This document shows positions 1 to 8,481 of a stretch of DNA of 24,000 nt, piece after piece; position 1 is the stretch's first letter, and each line of letters starts with the position of its first letter. The DNA comes from Candidatus Caldarchaeum sp. (lineage in GTDB: Archaea; Thermoproteota; Nitrososphaeria_A; Caldarchaeales; Caldarchaeaceae). A program made the position numbers and the translations under genes. Where the stretch lies: contig JAVQUC010000010.1 of the NCBI GenBank assembly GCA_033580815.1, forward strand, positions 1-24,000. Direction: 5' to 3'. The notes under the pieces were generated by a model. That model was not told where the DNA came from. It worked only from the letters and a program-made list of their open reading frames with translations, and did not search any database.

Positions 1-289
1 TGACCAGCTTCATCCGAGGAGGAATGAGGAATTTTTTCCACGAATGCGGGCCGACAACGAAACCAAAGAATGCATCATCCTCTCGCCTCTCTACCCTGTA
101 AATTCCCGGTCCCTGTCTGTCTTTCAGCCCCCTAGGAAGCTGAGATGACGAACTGATTTCATCATAGATAATTGCGCCATCCCGAAAAACAGGGCCGTAA
201 ACCACGTAACCATCCTGACGGAGGATTTTTAACATCGAATCTATGCATTCTGGTCCCAAATAGAAGGTCGTATATTGAGAGGTGCCCAT
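1..289 (-). CDS. N-terminal part of an anaerobic sulfite reductase A / sulfhydrogenase beta-type iron-sulfur subunit, truncated by the window edge
   Basis: Not in the supplied ORF track. Manual minus-strand translation from ATG at 289: MGTSQYTTFYLGPECIDSMLKILRQDGYVVYGPVFRDGAIIYDEISSSSQLPRGLKDRQGPGIYRVERREDDAFFGFVVGPHSWKK.LIPPRMKLV, open to the window edge. The GYxVxGPxxRDGAI, LPxGxxDxQxPGxYR and GPHSWKKxLxPP pattern is typical of this family. Confidence 0.8.
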   Translation of the reverse strand, partial: MGTSQYTTFYLGPECIDSMLKILRQDGYVVYGPVFRDGAIIYDEISSSSQLPRGLKDRQGPGIYRVERREDDAFFGFVVGPHSWKKFLIPPRMKLV

Positions 290-354
290 GTGTCTCCACA
301 ATCATGCAGCGTCTAATGTTTATAAACATTCAAATTTGCTATTATAAACAATAT

Positions 355-1110
355 TTAGCTAAGTAAACCGAGATTATGCAGAATAGATTCTATAGACTTG
401 GCAAACCCTGTAGCCATGAGTTTATCACGTTCGCCGTTTCCGGCGCTTATAACCTCATGATCGTAGGGCACTCGACCCAGTAGTCTCACACCTGTTTCGC
501 TGCAAAGTTTGGCGGTCGCAGGCTCTGCATTATCAGTTGAAAGGTTTTCGACGACGCCGAGTATTGGGAACGAGGTTGATTGCAGGAGCTTGATCATTCG
601 GTAAGCGTATCGAACCGCGAGAGGCGACGGAGTGGTCACAACGACCGCGTAACCCTTCTCTCTAAAGTAACGAATGACGGTCAGGAGCTCGTCGCCGGAA
701 CCTGGTGGAGAGTCGACCACAAGATATTCTAAGGGCCCGAAATCCGTCAATGCAAGAATTTCCTTTATTGCTTCCTCTTTGGCGGAGCCGGCTAAAGGAA
801 CCGGCCTGTTTTTCACCAGAAGGTCGAGGCCCATCACCTTCAACCCTTCCACGACCGGAGGAACCAACCCGTCATCGCCTTCCACAGGAGGTTCATAAAC
901 CCCAAGTATCATGCTACAGGATGGCCCATGCAGGTCCAAGTCCAACAACCCAGTAGCATTGGCCTTTGAAAGAATGAGGGCGGTCACAGAGGCTATCAAA
1001 CTCTTTCCAACACCCCCCTTCCCACCCGTGATGAGCAAAGCTCTCCCAACACTTCTCAACCGCCGGCTGATCAACTCCTCCCGGTAATCAATCGAATCAC
1101 GAAATGACAT
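355..1110 (-). CDS. Mrp/MinD-family P-loop ATPase, candidate atypical HypB (hydrogenase nickel insertion)
   Basis: 251 aa with deviant Walker A GGKGGVGKS and VVDSPPGSGDE. Its start overlaps the 3' end of hypA by 14 nt. Thermococcales use an Mrp/MinD-type ATPase beside HypA as their HypB. Confidence 0.8.
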   Translation of the reverse strand: MSFRDSIDYREELISRRLRSVGRALLITGGKGGVGKSLIASVTALILSKANATGLLDLDLHGPSCSMILGVYEPPVEGDDGLVPPVVEGLKVMGLDLLVKNRPVPLAGSAKEEAIKEILALTDFGPLEYLVVDSPPGSGDELLTVIRYFREKGYAVVVTTPSPLAVRYAYRMIKLLQSTSFPILGVVENLSTDNAEPATAKLCSETGVRLLGRVPYDHEVISAGNGERDKLMATGFAKSIESILHNLGLLS

Positions 1111-1495
1111 CTTTCACTTCAACCCATCTACCAGCTACGACCCTCAAATCCATGCTACCGCATTTACTGCACGACGAATAGGAGCCGATCAAATCTGGTA
1201 TGAAATGGATTACTTCCTTCTCCTCATCGTCGAGTTTAGAAGTGGCCTCATTAAGCGACATCAGTTTTCCGCAGAGTCCGCAGACTATTTGCGCTCTTTC
1301 AACCTCAACGGTAAAGTCAGCTCCCTTTAAGGGGCCTTCTTCGAGAATGTCTTTCATGGCCTTCGTCAAAATATCGACGTCGAGCATGCTCAGCTCGCCC
1401 ACAACGACCCTAAAGCTCTTGACAACCCTCCCCGATTCCGAGAGATACCGCAGAAGAGATTCGACAACGCCGCGGGCGACCATGTATTCATGCAT
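1097..1495 (-). CDS. hypA: Hydrogenase/urease nickel incorporation protein HypA
   Basis: The ORF track starts at 1522, but the conserved nickel-binding N-terminus MHE (MHEYMVARGVVE) puts the start at 1495. C-terminal zinc motif is CGLCGK...CSSYSSC-type, with CSKCGS. Confidence 0.87.
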   Translation of the reverse strand: MHEYMVARGVVESLLRYLSESGRVVKSFRVVVGELSMLDVDILTKAMKDILEEGPLKGADFTVEVERAQIVCGLCGKLMSLNEATSKLDDEEKEVIHFIPDLIGSYSSCSKCGSMDLRVVAGRWVEVKDVIS

Positions 1496-1537
1496 CGAGA
1501 CATAACAGAATGACCGAAACATAAATCCTTGGCAAAA

Positions 1538-1612
1538 CGGGCCCGGTGGGACTTGAACCCACGACCTCCGGCTCCGCAGGCCGACGCCCTATCCATTCTA
1601 GGCCACGGGCCC
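1538..1612 (-). tRNA. tRNA-Arg (anticodon GCG)
   Basis: Full cloverleaf on the minus strand: GGGCCCG-TG-GCCTAGAATGGATAGGGC-G-TCGGC-CTGCGGA-GCCGG-AGGTC-GTGGG-TTCAAGT-CCCAC-CGGGCCC-G. Anticodon loop CTGCGGA. Confidence 0.95.
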
Positions 1613-1688
1613 ATGGTTTTATCAAGGGTGGCTACTTTTTAAAACCTTTCTAAACGAATGCTTAATATGACCGACGTATTCATACGGT

Positions 1689-2240
1689 ATGTCGAATTTG
1701 GTTGTTAAAGGTAAATGGGCTTCGAGGTTTATCGTTGCAGCTATCGTGCAAGGGGCTTTGGCAACGGGTTTGACCCTATTCTGGGTCGTAAGTCAGTTTG
1801 GGCTTTTGAGGCCTGAATTCAGCAGGGTCATCGCTTTTGGGAGTGCTGGAAACTGGTTTACGGTGGGTTACACCACTTACATGACTGTCGGAGTTGTCGG
1901 GATGGCTGTTACAGCACTGTTTTACTACTTCATCGAAAACGTTCTTAACAAGCCCTACACAGGCATGGTCGACAAGCTAGCATGGGTTCACCTAGTCTGC
2001 ATGAACGTAGGTGTCGTGGGGGCGACATGGTTAATGATGGTGGTCGGCTATCTGGGAGGAGCGGCCCTGCTTCCCCCGCAAGTAGGTGGGCTTGGCTGGA
2101 CTCCGGCAGAGGTCCATGAAAAAATTTTCTACGGCATTCCGCTGGGATATCCTACATGGATAGTTGGTTTCATCTTCTTGCTTGCGGTCGGCGTGGTCGC
2201 GGGAGGGCTGGGATACATCATTAGCTGGAGAAAAAGCTAG
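1689..2240 (+). CDS. Multi-pass membrane protein of unknown function
   Basis: 183 aa with about five hydrophobic segments. The segment WVHLVCMNVGVVGATWLMMVVGYLGG weakly resembles heme-copper oxidase/NO reductase subunit I-like segments. Function is not supported. Confidence 0.7.
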   Translation: MSNLVVKGKWASRFIVAAIVQGALATGLTLFWVVSQFGLLRPEFSRVIAFGSAGNWFTVGYTTYMTVGVVGMAVTALFYYFIENVLNKPYTGMVDKLAWVHLVCMNVGVVGATWLMMVVGYLGGAALLPPQVGGLGWTPAEVHEKIFYGIPLGYPTWIVGFIFLLAVGVVAGGLGYIISWRKS

Positions 2241-2327
2241 GAATATCAGGTGAATACCTCGGGAACACCTCGATGGATAGTGAGCAGATGGCTTTTTAGC
2301 CAAGCGTCAAACGTCAACCAGAGAAAG

Positions 2328-2906
2328 ATGTTCAACCTTTTCCGCAAGAAGGAACCACCCAAACCACCCTTTGACCAGAGAATAACAGAGATCGTGTCCC
2401 GTTTGATGACTATTCAGAATCGGATGGATTCAAAGGCCCGCGCAATGCAGATGAGGGGTAGGGAGCTTTTCAACCAAGTCGTCCGCGCAAAGATGGAGAA
2501 AGATGAACAGAGGGCTGCGGTTTACGCCAACGAGCTTTCTCAGCTGCGTAAAATGATGCATGCAACTGTTAGAAGTCAAGCATCGCTGGAGGGAGTGGTT
2601 TTGAGGCTGGAGGCTGTCAAGGACTACAACGAGGTTCGGAAGGTAATAGGACCCGTCGCCGCAGTAGTCATGGCTGTACAGAAAGACGTCGGCGGAGTCA
2701 TGCCTGAAATTTCGCATGGGCTCCGCGGGGTGCAGGACCTTCTCGAAGACCTTTCAGTAAGCGTCGGCACTGTGTCCGATACCGTAACCGGTTACAGCAC
2801 ATCCGACCCGGAGGCTGAGGCCATTCTACGCGAGGCTTCGGAAGTGGCTGCACAGCGGCTCAAGAAAGAAATGCCCGACATTGAAGGAGGCCATTTCATA
2901 ACCTAA
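2328..2906 (+). CDS. ESCRT-III/Snf7-like protein (CdvB family, cell division or membrane remodelling)
   Basis: The ORF track starts at 2250, but ATG at 2328 (MFNLFRKKEPPKPPFDQRI) looks like the real start. Charged helical protein with RMDSKARAMQMRGRELFNQVVRAKMEKDEQRAAVYANELSQLRKM, characteristic of archaeal ESCRT-III. Confidence 0.8.
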   Translation: MFNLFRKKEPPKPPFDQRITEIVSRLMTIQNRMDSKARAMQMRGRELFNQVVRAKMEKDEQRAAVYANELSQLRKMMHATVRSQASLEGVVLRLEAVKDYNEVRKVIGPVAAVVMAVQKDVGGVMPEISHGLRGVQDLLEDLSVSVGTVSDTVTGYSTSDPEAEAILREASEVAAQRLKKEMPDIEGGHFIT

Positions 2907-2938
2907 ATTAACCAGCTCATAGCCTGACAACTAGGTTG

Positions 2939-5884
2939 ATGCATCAAGAGAGGCAACTACTCGAGCTCGGGTTTAAGTTAGGAGCCTCGAACATTGTTTC
3001 GTCCCCGAAGCCCTACGAAAGAAAGTGGGTTGAAAGATGGAGGAAGGACAGGGTTTTCGAAGCCAAGCCTGACGAGTCAAGGCAAAAATTTTTCATCTGC
3101 GTTCCATACTCATACCAGAACGGGCCTCTCCATCTGGGGCATGGTTTTACTTTCACAAGAGGAGACGTAATCGCCCGTTACAAAAGGATGGCGGGCTACA
3201 ACGTGTTGTTTCCGTGGGCTTGGCATTGGACGGGCGAAGCAGTGGCAGGGACGAGCGAAAGACTTCTGAGAGGTGACGAAGCCGTCAAAAGAATGCTTAC
3301 ACAAATTGACGGAGTTCCAGAAAATCTTCTCCAGTACTTCACTCACCCCGAGTTTGTCTGCGCCTACTACACGGCGGAGAACAGACACGTCGTAGACGCG
3401 ATGGGCTGGTCCGCTGACTGGAGCAGAGAATTCTACACAACCAGCCTCCACCCCTACTACAGCAATTTCATCGTTTGGCAATACACGGCACTCCGTCGCA
3501 AAGGTTTGCTCGTCCAAGGACGTCATCCAGTGGTGTGGTGTCCCAAATGCCAGAGCGCTACAGGAGACCACGACAGACTTCGAGGAGAAGGGATATACCC
3601 CGAAGAATACACGATGGTGTTTTTTGAATTAGGCGACATGAAGCTCGCAGCCGCAACCCTGAGGCCCGAGACAATCTACGGGACGACAAATGTCTGGATA
3701 AACCCCGAAGGCGTCTACGTTGTTGTGGAAAAAAACGGTACAAAACTAGTGATAAGCCGTGAGGCGCTTCAGAAGCTTTCAGAGCAGCTTCCGGGTCTCC
3801 GCCAGGTCGGGATTGTCATGGCCAAAGAGATTTTGGGGAAATTTGTCAAAACCCCTTTGACGAATGACTCGGTCCCTGTTCTTCCAGCAGATTTCGTAGA
3901 CGTCTCACTGGGCACCGGCGTGGTTTACAGCGTTCCAGCACACGCCCCCTTCGACTACGTCGCCCTCAAAGACCTCCAGAAAAACCCATCTAAACTAACT
4001 GAAGAAGGCCTGGACCCAGAGATAGTGAAGAATATCAAGCCGAAGAAGGTCATCGAAACGCAGGGTTTGACAGAGTTCCCCGCAGTCGACGCTGTCGAGA
4101 AACTCGGGATAACAAGCCAGCTGGACGAAAGGCTTGAGGATTTGACTCGCGACATTTACTCGAAAGAGTTCTACTCAGGCATCATGGCCGTTGGCGAATT
4201 TAAGGGACGACCAGTTTCAGAAGCGAGGCAGCTGATCATCGAGAAGCTGAAGGAGACGAGTAACGGCGACGTATTTTACGACCTCGCGGAAAAAGTGGTC
4301 TGCAGGTCCGGCGACGAATGCGTCGTAAAAATCGTCGAAGACCAGTGGTTCCTCAACTTCTCAAACCCAGACTGGAAAACGAAAGTCAAACAACACATCT
4401 CTCAGATGAACATCTATCCAGAAGCAGCGCGAACATGGTTTTTGAACGTAGTTGACTGGCTCCGAGACTGGGCCTGCACGAGGAAGACAGGCCTCGGCAC
4501 ACCACTACCATGGGATGCATCTTGGAAAATCGAAACCCTCAGCGACTCCACAGTCTACCCGGCCCTGTACACGATCAGCAGAATGCTCAACCAAAACATC
4601 GAAACCGCAAGCCGACTCAACACCGAAGCATTCGACTACGTTTTCCTGGGAATAGGTGACAAAAATGAAGTAGCTGCTAAAAATGGTGTCGACTCCAGCT
4701 TCCTCGAATCGATGAGAAGAGAATTTCTTTACTGGTACGGCGTTGATCTGCGTGTATCGGCCAAAGACTTGGTCCCGAACCATCTAACATTCTACCTGTT
4801 TCATCATACCGGTATCTTCGATGAAAGAGTCTGGCCCAGAGGCATAAGCGTCAACGGAATGATAACCATCGAGGGCGAGAAAATGTCAAAAAGCCGAGGC
4901 AACTTCATCACCCTCAAGCAGGCTGTTTCGAAACATGGAAGCGACGCCACAAGACTCGCTCTGTTGCTTAGCGCGGAAGACCTCGACGACCCTGATTGGA
5001 GGGAAAAAACCGCAACCGAGGCGGAGCAGTTCGTCCAAAACTTTCTGGGCATCGTTGAAAAAGTTGTGAACGAAGCCAGCGAAACCGAAGGCCCCGCGGA
5101 TGAATGGCTTTCCGCCGCCGCAGACAATAGCATCGAAACCATTTCTCAGATGCTCGATAGGCTGAAAACCCGTTCGGCATGCAACGAAGCTGTGTACGGA
5201 ATGTTGAATAACTGGCGCTGGTATCTCAGGCGGAACGGCGGAAAAATCACGAAGGCGGCCAAAGTCTTCATCGAAAGATGGGCTTTGGTTCTTTCACCGT
5301 TTGCACCATTCGCCGCAGAAGAGGCGTGGGAAAGGATGGGCAAACAAGGATACGCATGCCTTCAGAGATGGCCTCGCAGGACGGCTGAGCCGTTGAATCT
5401 GGGAGCTTTGCTCTATGAAGAAATTCTGAAAGGCTTGGTCTCCGACGTCCGCGAAGTCCTCAAGGTCGTGAAAGGGAAGCCGGTTGAGTTGAGGATGTTT
5501 GCAGCATCCAAATGGAAGAGAGACGCGGCTATTTACCTAACGGAGATTAAACCACCATACGATTTGAAGGCGTTGAAGAAAGCAAGGCCCGAACTTTTCA
5601 GCAAAGACCCAGCCGTGCTGCAAAAAATTGCCGAAAAACTACGGGAAACAGAACAAAAGGCACGAGGGCTGACGACCCAGGACGCAGACACAATCAACGT
5701 CTTGAAAAATTTGTTGGACAGAGAAAACACCCTACTACAGGATTGTCTTTCCTTGGTTGAACAGGAGCTTAAAATCTCGGCAAGGCTTTTGAAAGAAGAT
5801 GAAGCATCAGAAGCAAGGGAGGTTTCGAAGGCAAGACAATCCATTCCCCTGAAACCGGCGATATACTTCGTGACAGAACAATGA
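2939..5884 (+). CDS. leuS: Leucyl-tRNA synthetase
   Basis: About 981 aa. HIGH-type motif in GPLHLGHGFTFTRGDVIARYKRMAGYNVLFPWAWHWTG, KMSKSRGNF motif, and CP1 editing domain region present. Confidence 0.97.
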   Translation: MHQERQLLELGFKLGASNIVSSPKPYERKWVERWRKDRVFEAKPDESRQKFFICVPYSYQNGPLHLGHGFTFTRGDVIARYKRMAGYNVLFPWAWHWTGEAVAGTSERLLRGDEAVKRMLTQIDGVPENLLQYFTHPEFVCAYYTAENRHVVDAMGWSADWSREFYTTSLHPYYSNFIVWQYTALRRKGLLVQGRHPVVWCPKCQSATGDHDRLRGEGIYPEEYTMVFFELGDMKLAAATLRPETIYGTTNVWINPEGVYVVVEKNGTKLVISREALQKLSEQLPGLRQVGIVMAKEILGKFVKTPLTNDSVPVLPADFVDVSLGTGVVYSVPAHAPFDYVALKDLQKNPSKLTEEGLDPEIVKNIKPKKVIETQGLTEFPAVDAVEKLGITSQLDERLEDLTRDIYSKEFYSGIMAVGEFKGRPVSEARQLIIEKLKETSNGDVFYDLAEKVVCRSGDECVVKIVEDQWFLNFSNPDWKTKVKQHISQMNIYPEAARTWFLNVVDWLRDWACTRKTGLGTPLPWDASWKIETLSDSTVYPALYTISRMLNQNIETASRLNTEAFDYVFLGIGDKNEVAAKNGVDSSFLESMRREFLYWYGVDLRVSAKDLVPNHLTFYLFHHTGIFDERVWPRGISVNGMITIEGEKMSKSRGNFITLKQAVSKHGSDATRLALLLSAEDLDDPDWREKTATEAEQFVQNFLGIVEKVVNEASETEGPADEWLSAAADNSIETISQMLDRLKTRSACNEAVYGMLNNWRWYLRRNGGKITKAAKVFIERWALVLSPFAPFAAEEAWERMGKQGYACLQRWPRRTAEPLNLGALLYEEILKGLVSDVREVLKVVKGKPVELRMFAASKWKRDAAIYLTEIKPPYDLKALKKARPELFSKDPAVLQKIAEKLRETEQKARGLTTQDADTINVLKNLLDRENTLLQDCLSLVEQELKISARLLKEDEASEAREVSKARQSIPLKPAIYFVTEQ

Positions 5885-6237
5885 ACGATTCACGCCTTCT
5901 TTTCGTAATAATCTCCGGCCCTGACCAATTTGAAAAAGCTAGGCAGGCACTACGGATCGCAAGGAACACAGCGAAGGAGAGACATGCAAAGGAGGTAAGG
6001 ATTCTTTTTCTCGGCCCCGGTGCGAAACTACTAGACCCAGACAACCCGCATTACGACCTGGTTAGGAAATATGCGTCGGAGATGAAAGAGGCGGGAGTCT
6101 ACATGGCCGTATGTGCCGGGAACCTAAGAGCTTACGGCCTCTATGAAAAGTTCGATAAAACACTCTTCATCGCTGACGATTCGACGGCCGTGGTAGCGGA
6201 GGCCGCCTCGAACAAATTCATCATAATGACTTTCTAA
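5881..6237 (+). CDS. DsrE/DsrF-like small protein
   Basis: 118 aa: LLFVIISGPDQFEKARQALRIARNTAKERHAKEVRILFLGPG...VYMAVCAGNLRAYGL. Overlaps the leuS stop by 4 nt (ATGA). Confidence 0.7.
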   Translation: MNDSRLLFVIISGPDQFEKARQALRIARNTAKERHAKEVRILFLGPGAKLLDPDNPHYDLVRKYASEMKEAGVYMAVCAGNLRAYGLYEKFDKTLFIADDSTAVVAEAASNKFIIMTF

Positions 6238-6393
6238 AAGATTAGGCAATTTAGAGCATTCCGCACCATCCTACTCGTTAAATTAAATTACAGCCTCAAA
6301 TGCCGCACGCCGACTACCGGCTTCCACACCTTTTATGGATTCGAAAATAGATAAACTCATCTATTCCCCTCTAGTCATTTATTTTGGGACCGA

Positions 6394-7506
6394 ATGATTT
6401 CGAGCTGCTCTATCTGCCGAAAAACTACTGTTGTAGCGTCGGTTCTCAAGGTGTGTGTGGAATGTTTGAGGGAAAGGCCCGATGAAGCCATTACGGTCGC
6501 TATGCGGGGACATGAGACGTCGCGTAAAATCTTTGGGCTGCCGCCAACACCTCCGAAGACATCGGGAGGGCTGCCCTGTAAAATCTGCGCCGCGAACTGT
6601 ATCATCGGTGACGGGGAGAAAGGCTACTGCGGAATAAGGATGAACATCGGAGGCCGACTCGTCTCAAAATCAACAACCCGCGCAGCTCTTCTCCACTACT
6701 ACCTCGACCCGCACGTCACCAACTGCTGCAACGCCTACTTCTGCCCAGCCGGAACGGGCGAAGGATACCCAAAATACGCCTGCAAACCCGGCCCCGAAAT
6801 CGGGTACTATAATCTTGCTCTGTTCTTCTACGGATGTAGCTTAAACTGTCTGTTCTGCCAAAACTGGAGCCACAAAAGAATTTCAGAGTCGACGACGGTA
6901 ACTGTCGACGAGCTCGTAAAGGTGACTTTGGCAAATCCGACTGTTAGCTGTTGGTGCTGGTTCGGCGGTTCCGCCGAGCCACAACTTCCTTTCGCGGTCA
7001 ACGCTTCCAAGGTCGTTCAGGAGTCGAAACCGTCCAACAGAGTCTTGAGAATATGCTACGAATGGAACGGCGACGGAAACCCAGCCCTGGTCAAGAAAGC
7101 CCTCGAAACAGTCGTCGATAGCGGTGGCAACGTAAAATTCGACCTGAAGGCCTTTGACCCCAATGTTCATAAAGCGCTGACGGGACTTGACAACACGCAA
7201 ATCCTGAAAAACTTTGAAATGGTTTACCATGAATTCTACGGCAAGAGAGCAGGGCTACCCGTTCTCGCCGCCACAACACTTCTTGTGCCCGGATATGTAG
7301 ACCATTTGGAGGTGGAGAAAATTGCGGAATTCATATCGTCGTTGAGCCCTGACATACCCTACAGCCTTCTCGTATTTCATCCCGATTTCATGATGAAGGA
7401 CCTACCAGTAACACCGCGCAGACAAGTTGCCGAATGCTACAGAGCGGCCAAAAAACACCTAAACAAAGTTCATGTCGGAAACATTCATCTGCTCGTTTTT
7501 GGATGA
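6394..7506 (+). CDS. Radical SAM protein, PflA/AmmeMemoRadiSam-like
   Basis: 370 aa. CxxxCxxC motif in YGCSLNCLFCQNWSHKRIS; upstream Cys-rich region CKICAANCIIGDGEKGYCGIR; plus an N-terminal CSIC...CVEC pair. Confidence 0.85.
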   Translation: MISSCSICRKTTVVASVLKVCVECLRERPDEAITVAMRGHETSRKIFGLPPTPPKTSGGLPCKICAANCIIGDGEKGYCGIRMNIGGRLVSKSTTRAALLHYYLDPHVTNCCNAYFCPAGTGEGYPKYACKPGPEIGYYNLALFFYGCSLNCLFCQNWSHKRISESTTVTVDELVKVTLANPTVSCWCWFGGSAEPQLPFAVNASKVVQESKPSNRVLRICYEWNGDGNPALVKKALETVVDSGGNVKFDLKAFDPNVHKALTGLDNTQILKNFEMVYHEFYGKRAGLPVLAATTLLVPGYVDHLEVEKIAEFISSLSPDIPYSLLVFHPDFMMKDLPVTPRRQVAECYRAAKKHLNKVHVGNIHLLVFG

Positions 7507-7569
7507 ACGGTGACAAACCTCAAATACAGCAGCAGCCACTGATGACTATAAAGTGCCTCACGTCTGGAT

Positions 7570-7676
7570 GGGCCCGTGGCGCAGAATGGATAGCGCACCG
7601 GCCTTCTAAGTCGGGGGTCGTGAGCACTGAGGGCTGAAGGCCCCGTGCCGATAGGGTTCAAGTCCCACCGGGCCCG
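7570..7676 (+). tRNA. tRNA-Arg (anticodon TCT) with one non-canonical 32-nt intron in the T-arm (intron 7623..7654)
   Basis: GGGCCCG-TG-GCGC-AGAATGGATA-GCGC-A-CCGGC-CTTCTAA-GTCGG-GGGTC-GTG[intron]GG-TTCAAGT-CCCAC-CGGGCCC-G. Removing 7623..7654 restores the T-stem GTGGG:CCCAC. Confidence 0.9.
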
Positions 7677-7678
7677 TT

Positions 7679-8086
7679 CTAAATATACCCGACTACGCCG
7701 AGTGTTGGATATTTGTTTAGAAATTCGGCGACCAAAGGCTTGTAAGTGTAGTAGACGTTATCGGCTTTCGGAAGTTCCCTTAACTCCATCAGAATGCGGA
7801 AGGCTTCAGGCTCCGTCCCTCTCGCCTTGATCACATATACGTGATCGCCGAATGAAAGGTTTTTGGAAAACACGATTGGCAGGTAGAGGTTTTCTAACAC
7901 CTCATGGGGGAGAACCTTTTGGACTGCCAAGAGCTCAGCTTTATCGAAGTAGTGTCTGTCGCCGCCGACGGTTTCGACGAAAGGCGTTTCCATTTCCAAA
8001 AGCTTCCCGATCCTCTCCGGTTTCTTTGGCAATACGTCGTTTATCCTCTTGAGAGTCTGCGAAAGCCATTCGTCGACAAAAGACAT
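7679..8086 (-). CDS. UPF0216 (DUF61) family protein
   Basis: 135 aa: KRINDVLPKKPERIGKLLEMETPFVETVGGDRHYFDKAELLAVQKVLP...LPIVFSKN, matching the remembered UPF0216 consensus. Confidence 0.8.
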   Translation of the reverse strand: MSFVDEWLSQTLKRINDVLPKKPERIGKLLEMETPFVETVGGDRHYFDKAELLAVQKVLPHEVLENLYLPIVFSKNLSFGDHVYVIKARGTEPEAFRILMELRELPKADNVYYTYKPLVAEFLNKYPTLGVVGYI

Positions 8087-8132
8087 CCTGATAAATTTAC
8101 CAGAGAGACGGTTTTAAAGATAAACCTTGGTC

Positions 8133-8444
8133 ATGGAGGTCGAGTTAAACCAGTCAATAATCACGAGCCTGATATGGTTTTTCATTGGGTTTGGCGCTGG
8201 GCTGGCTTTGCTTAGATTCTGGAAAATCATCGCAATTACTGTTGCGGTGGCTGTTCTCCTCCCGATTATCATCAACTTGGTGGGATTGGTGTCGCCAATA
8301 TCTTCAGAGCAAGTCGTTCAAGCCTTGTTTCAAGGAATCAACCTTTTCGCGAACATCCTGAGCGCAAACCCCTATTCCGCATTAGGGTTCATCTTGGGAT
8401 TGGTCATTGGCGTCATAATCTTCATACTGCGAATCCGAGGCTAG
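8133..8444 (+). CDS. Small hydrophobic membrane protein of unknown function
   Basis: About 103 aa with three hydrophobic stretches. Short ORF, coding status moderate. Confidence 0.55.
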   Translation: MEVELNQSIITSLIWFFIGFGAGLALLRFWKIIAITVAVAVLLPIIINLVGLVSPISSEQVVQALFQGINLFANILSANPYSALGFILGLVIGVIIFILRIRG

Positions 8445-8481
8445 CACAAAACTATAAAACAACTTAAACTTTTTGACAATT

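Noticed and set aside
3110-3571. 153-aa minus-strand ORF inside leuS
   Set aside because: Fully antisense to a well-supported leuS; shadow ORF.
7500-7550. Possible C/D box sRNA between the radical SAM gene and tRNA-Arg
   Set aside because: A GGATGA and a CTGATGA stretch are present, but no clear D'/C' pair or guide could be defined by eye. The downstream tataaag fits better as the tRNA promoter.
7434-7637. 67-aa ORF spanning the tRNA-Arg(TCT) gene
   Set aside because: Runs through the tRNA and out of frame with the radical SAM gene; not coding.
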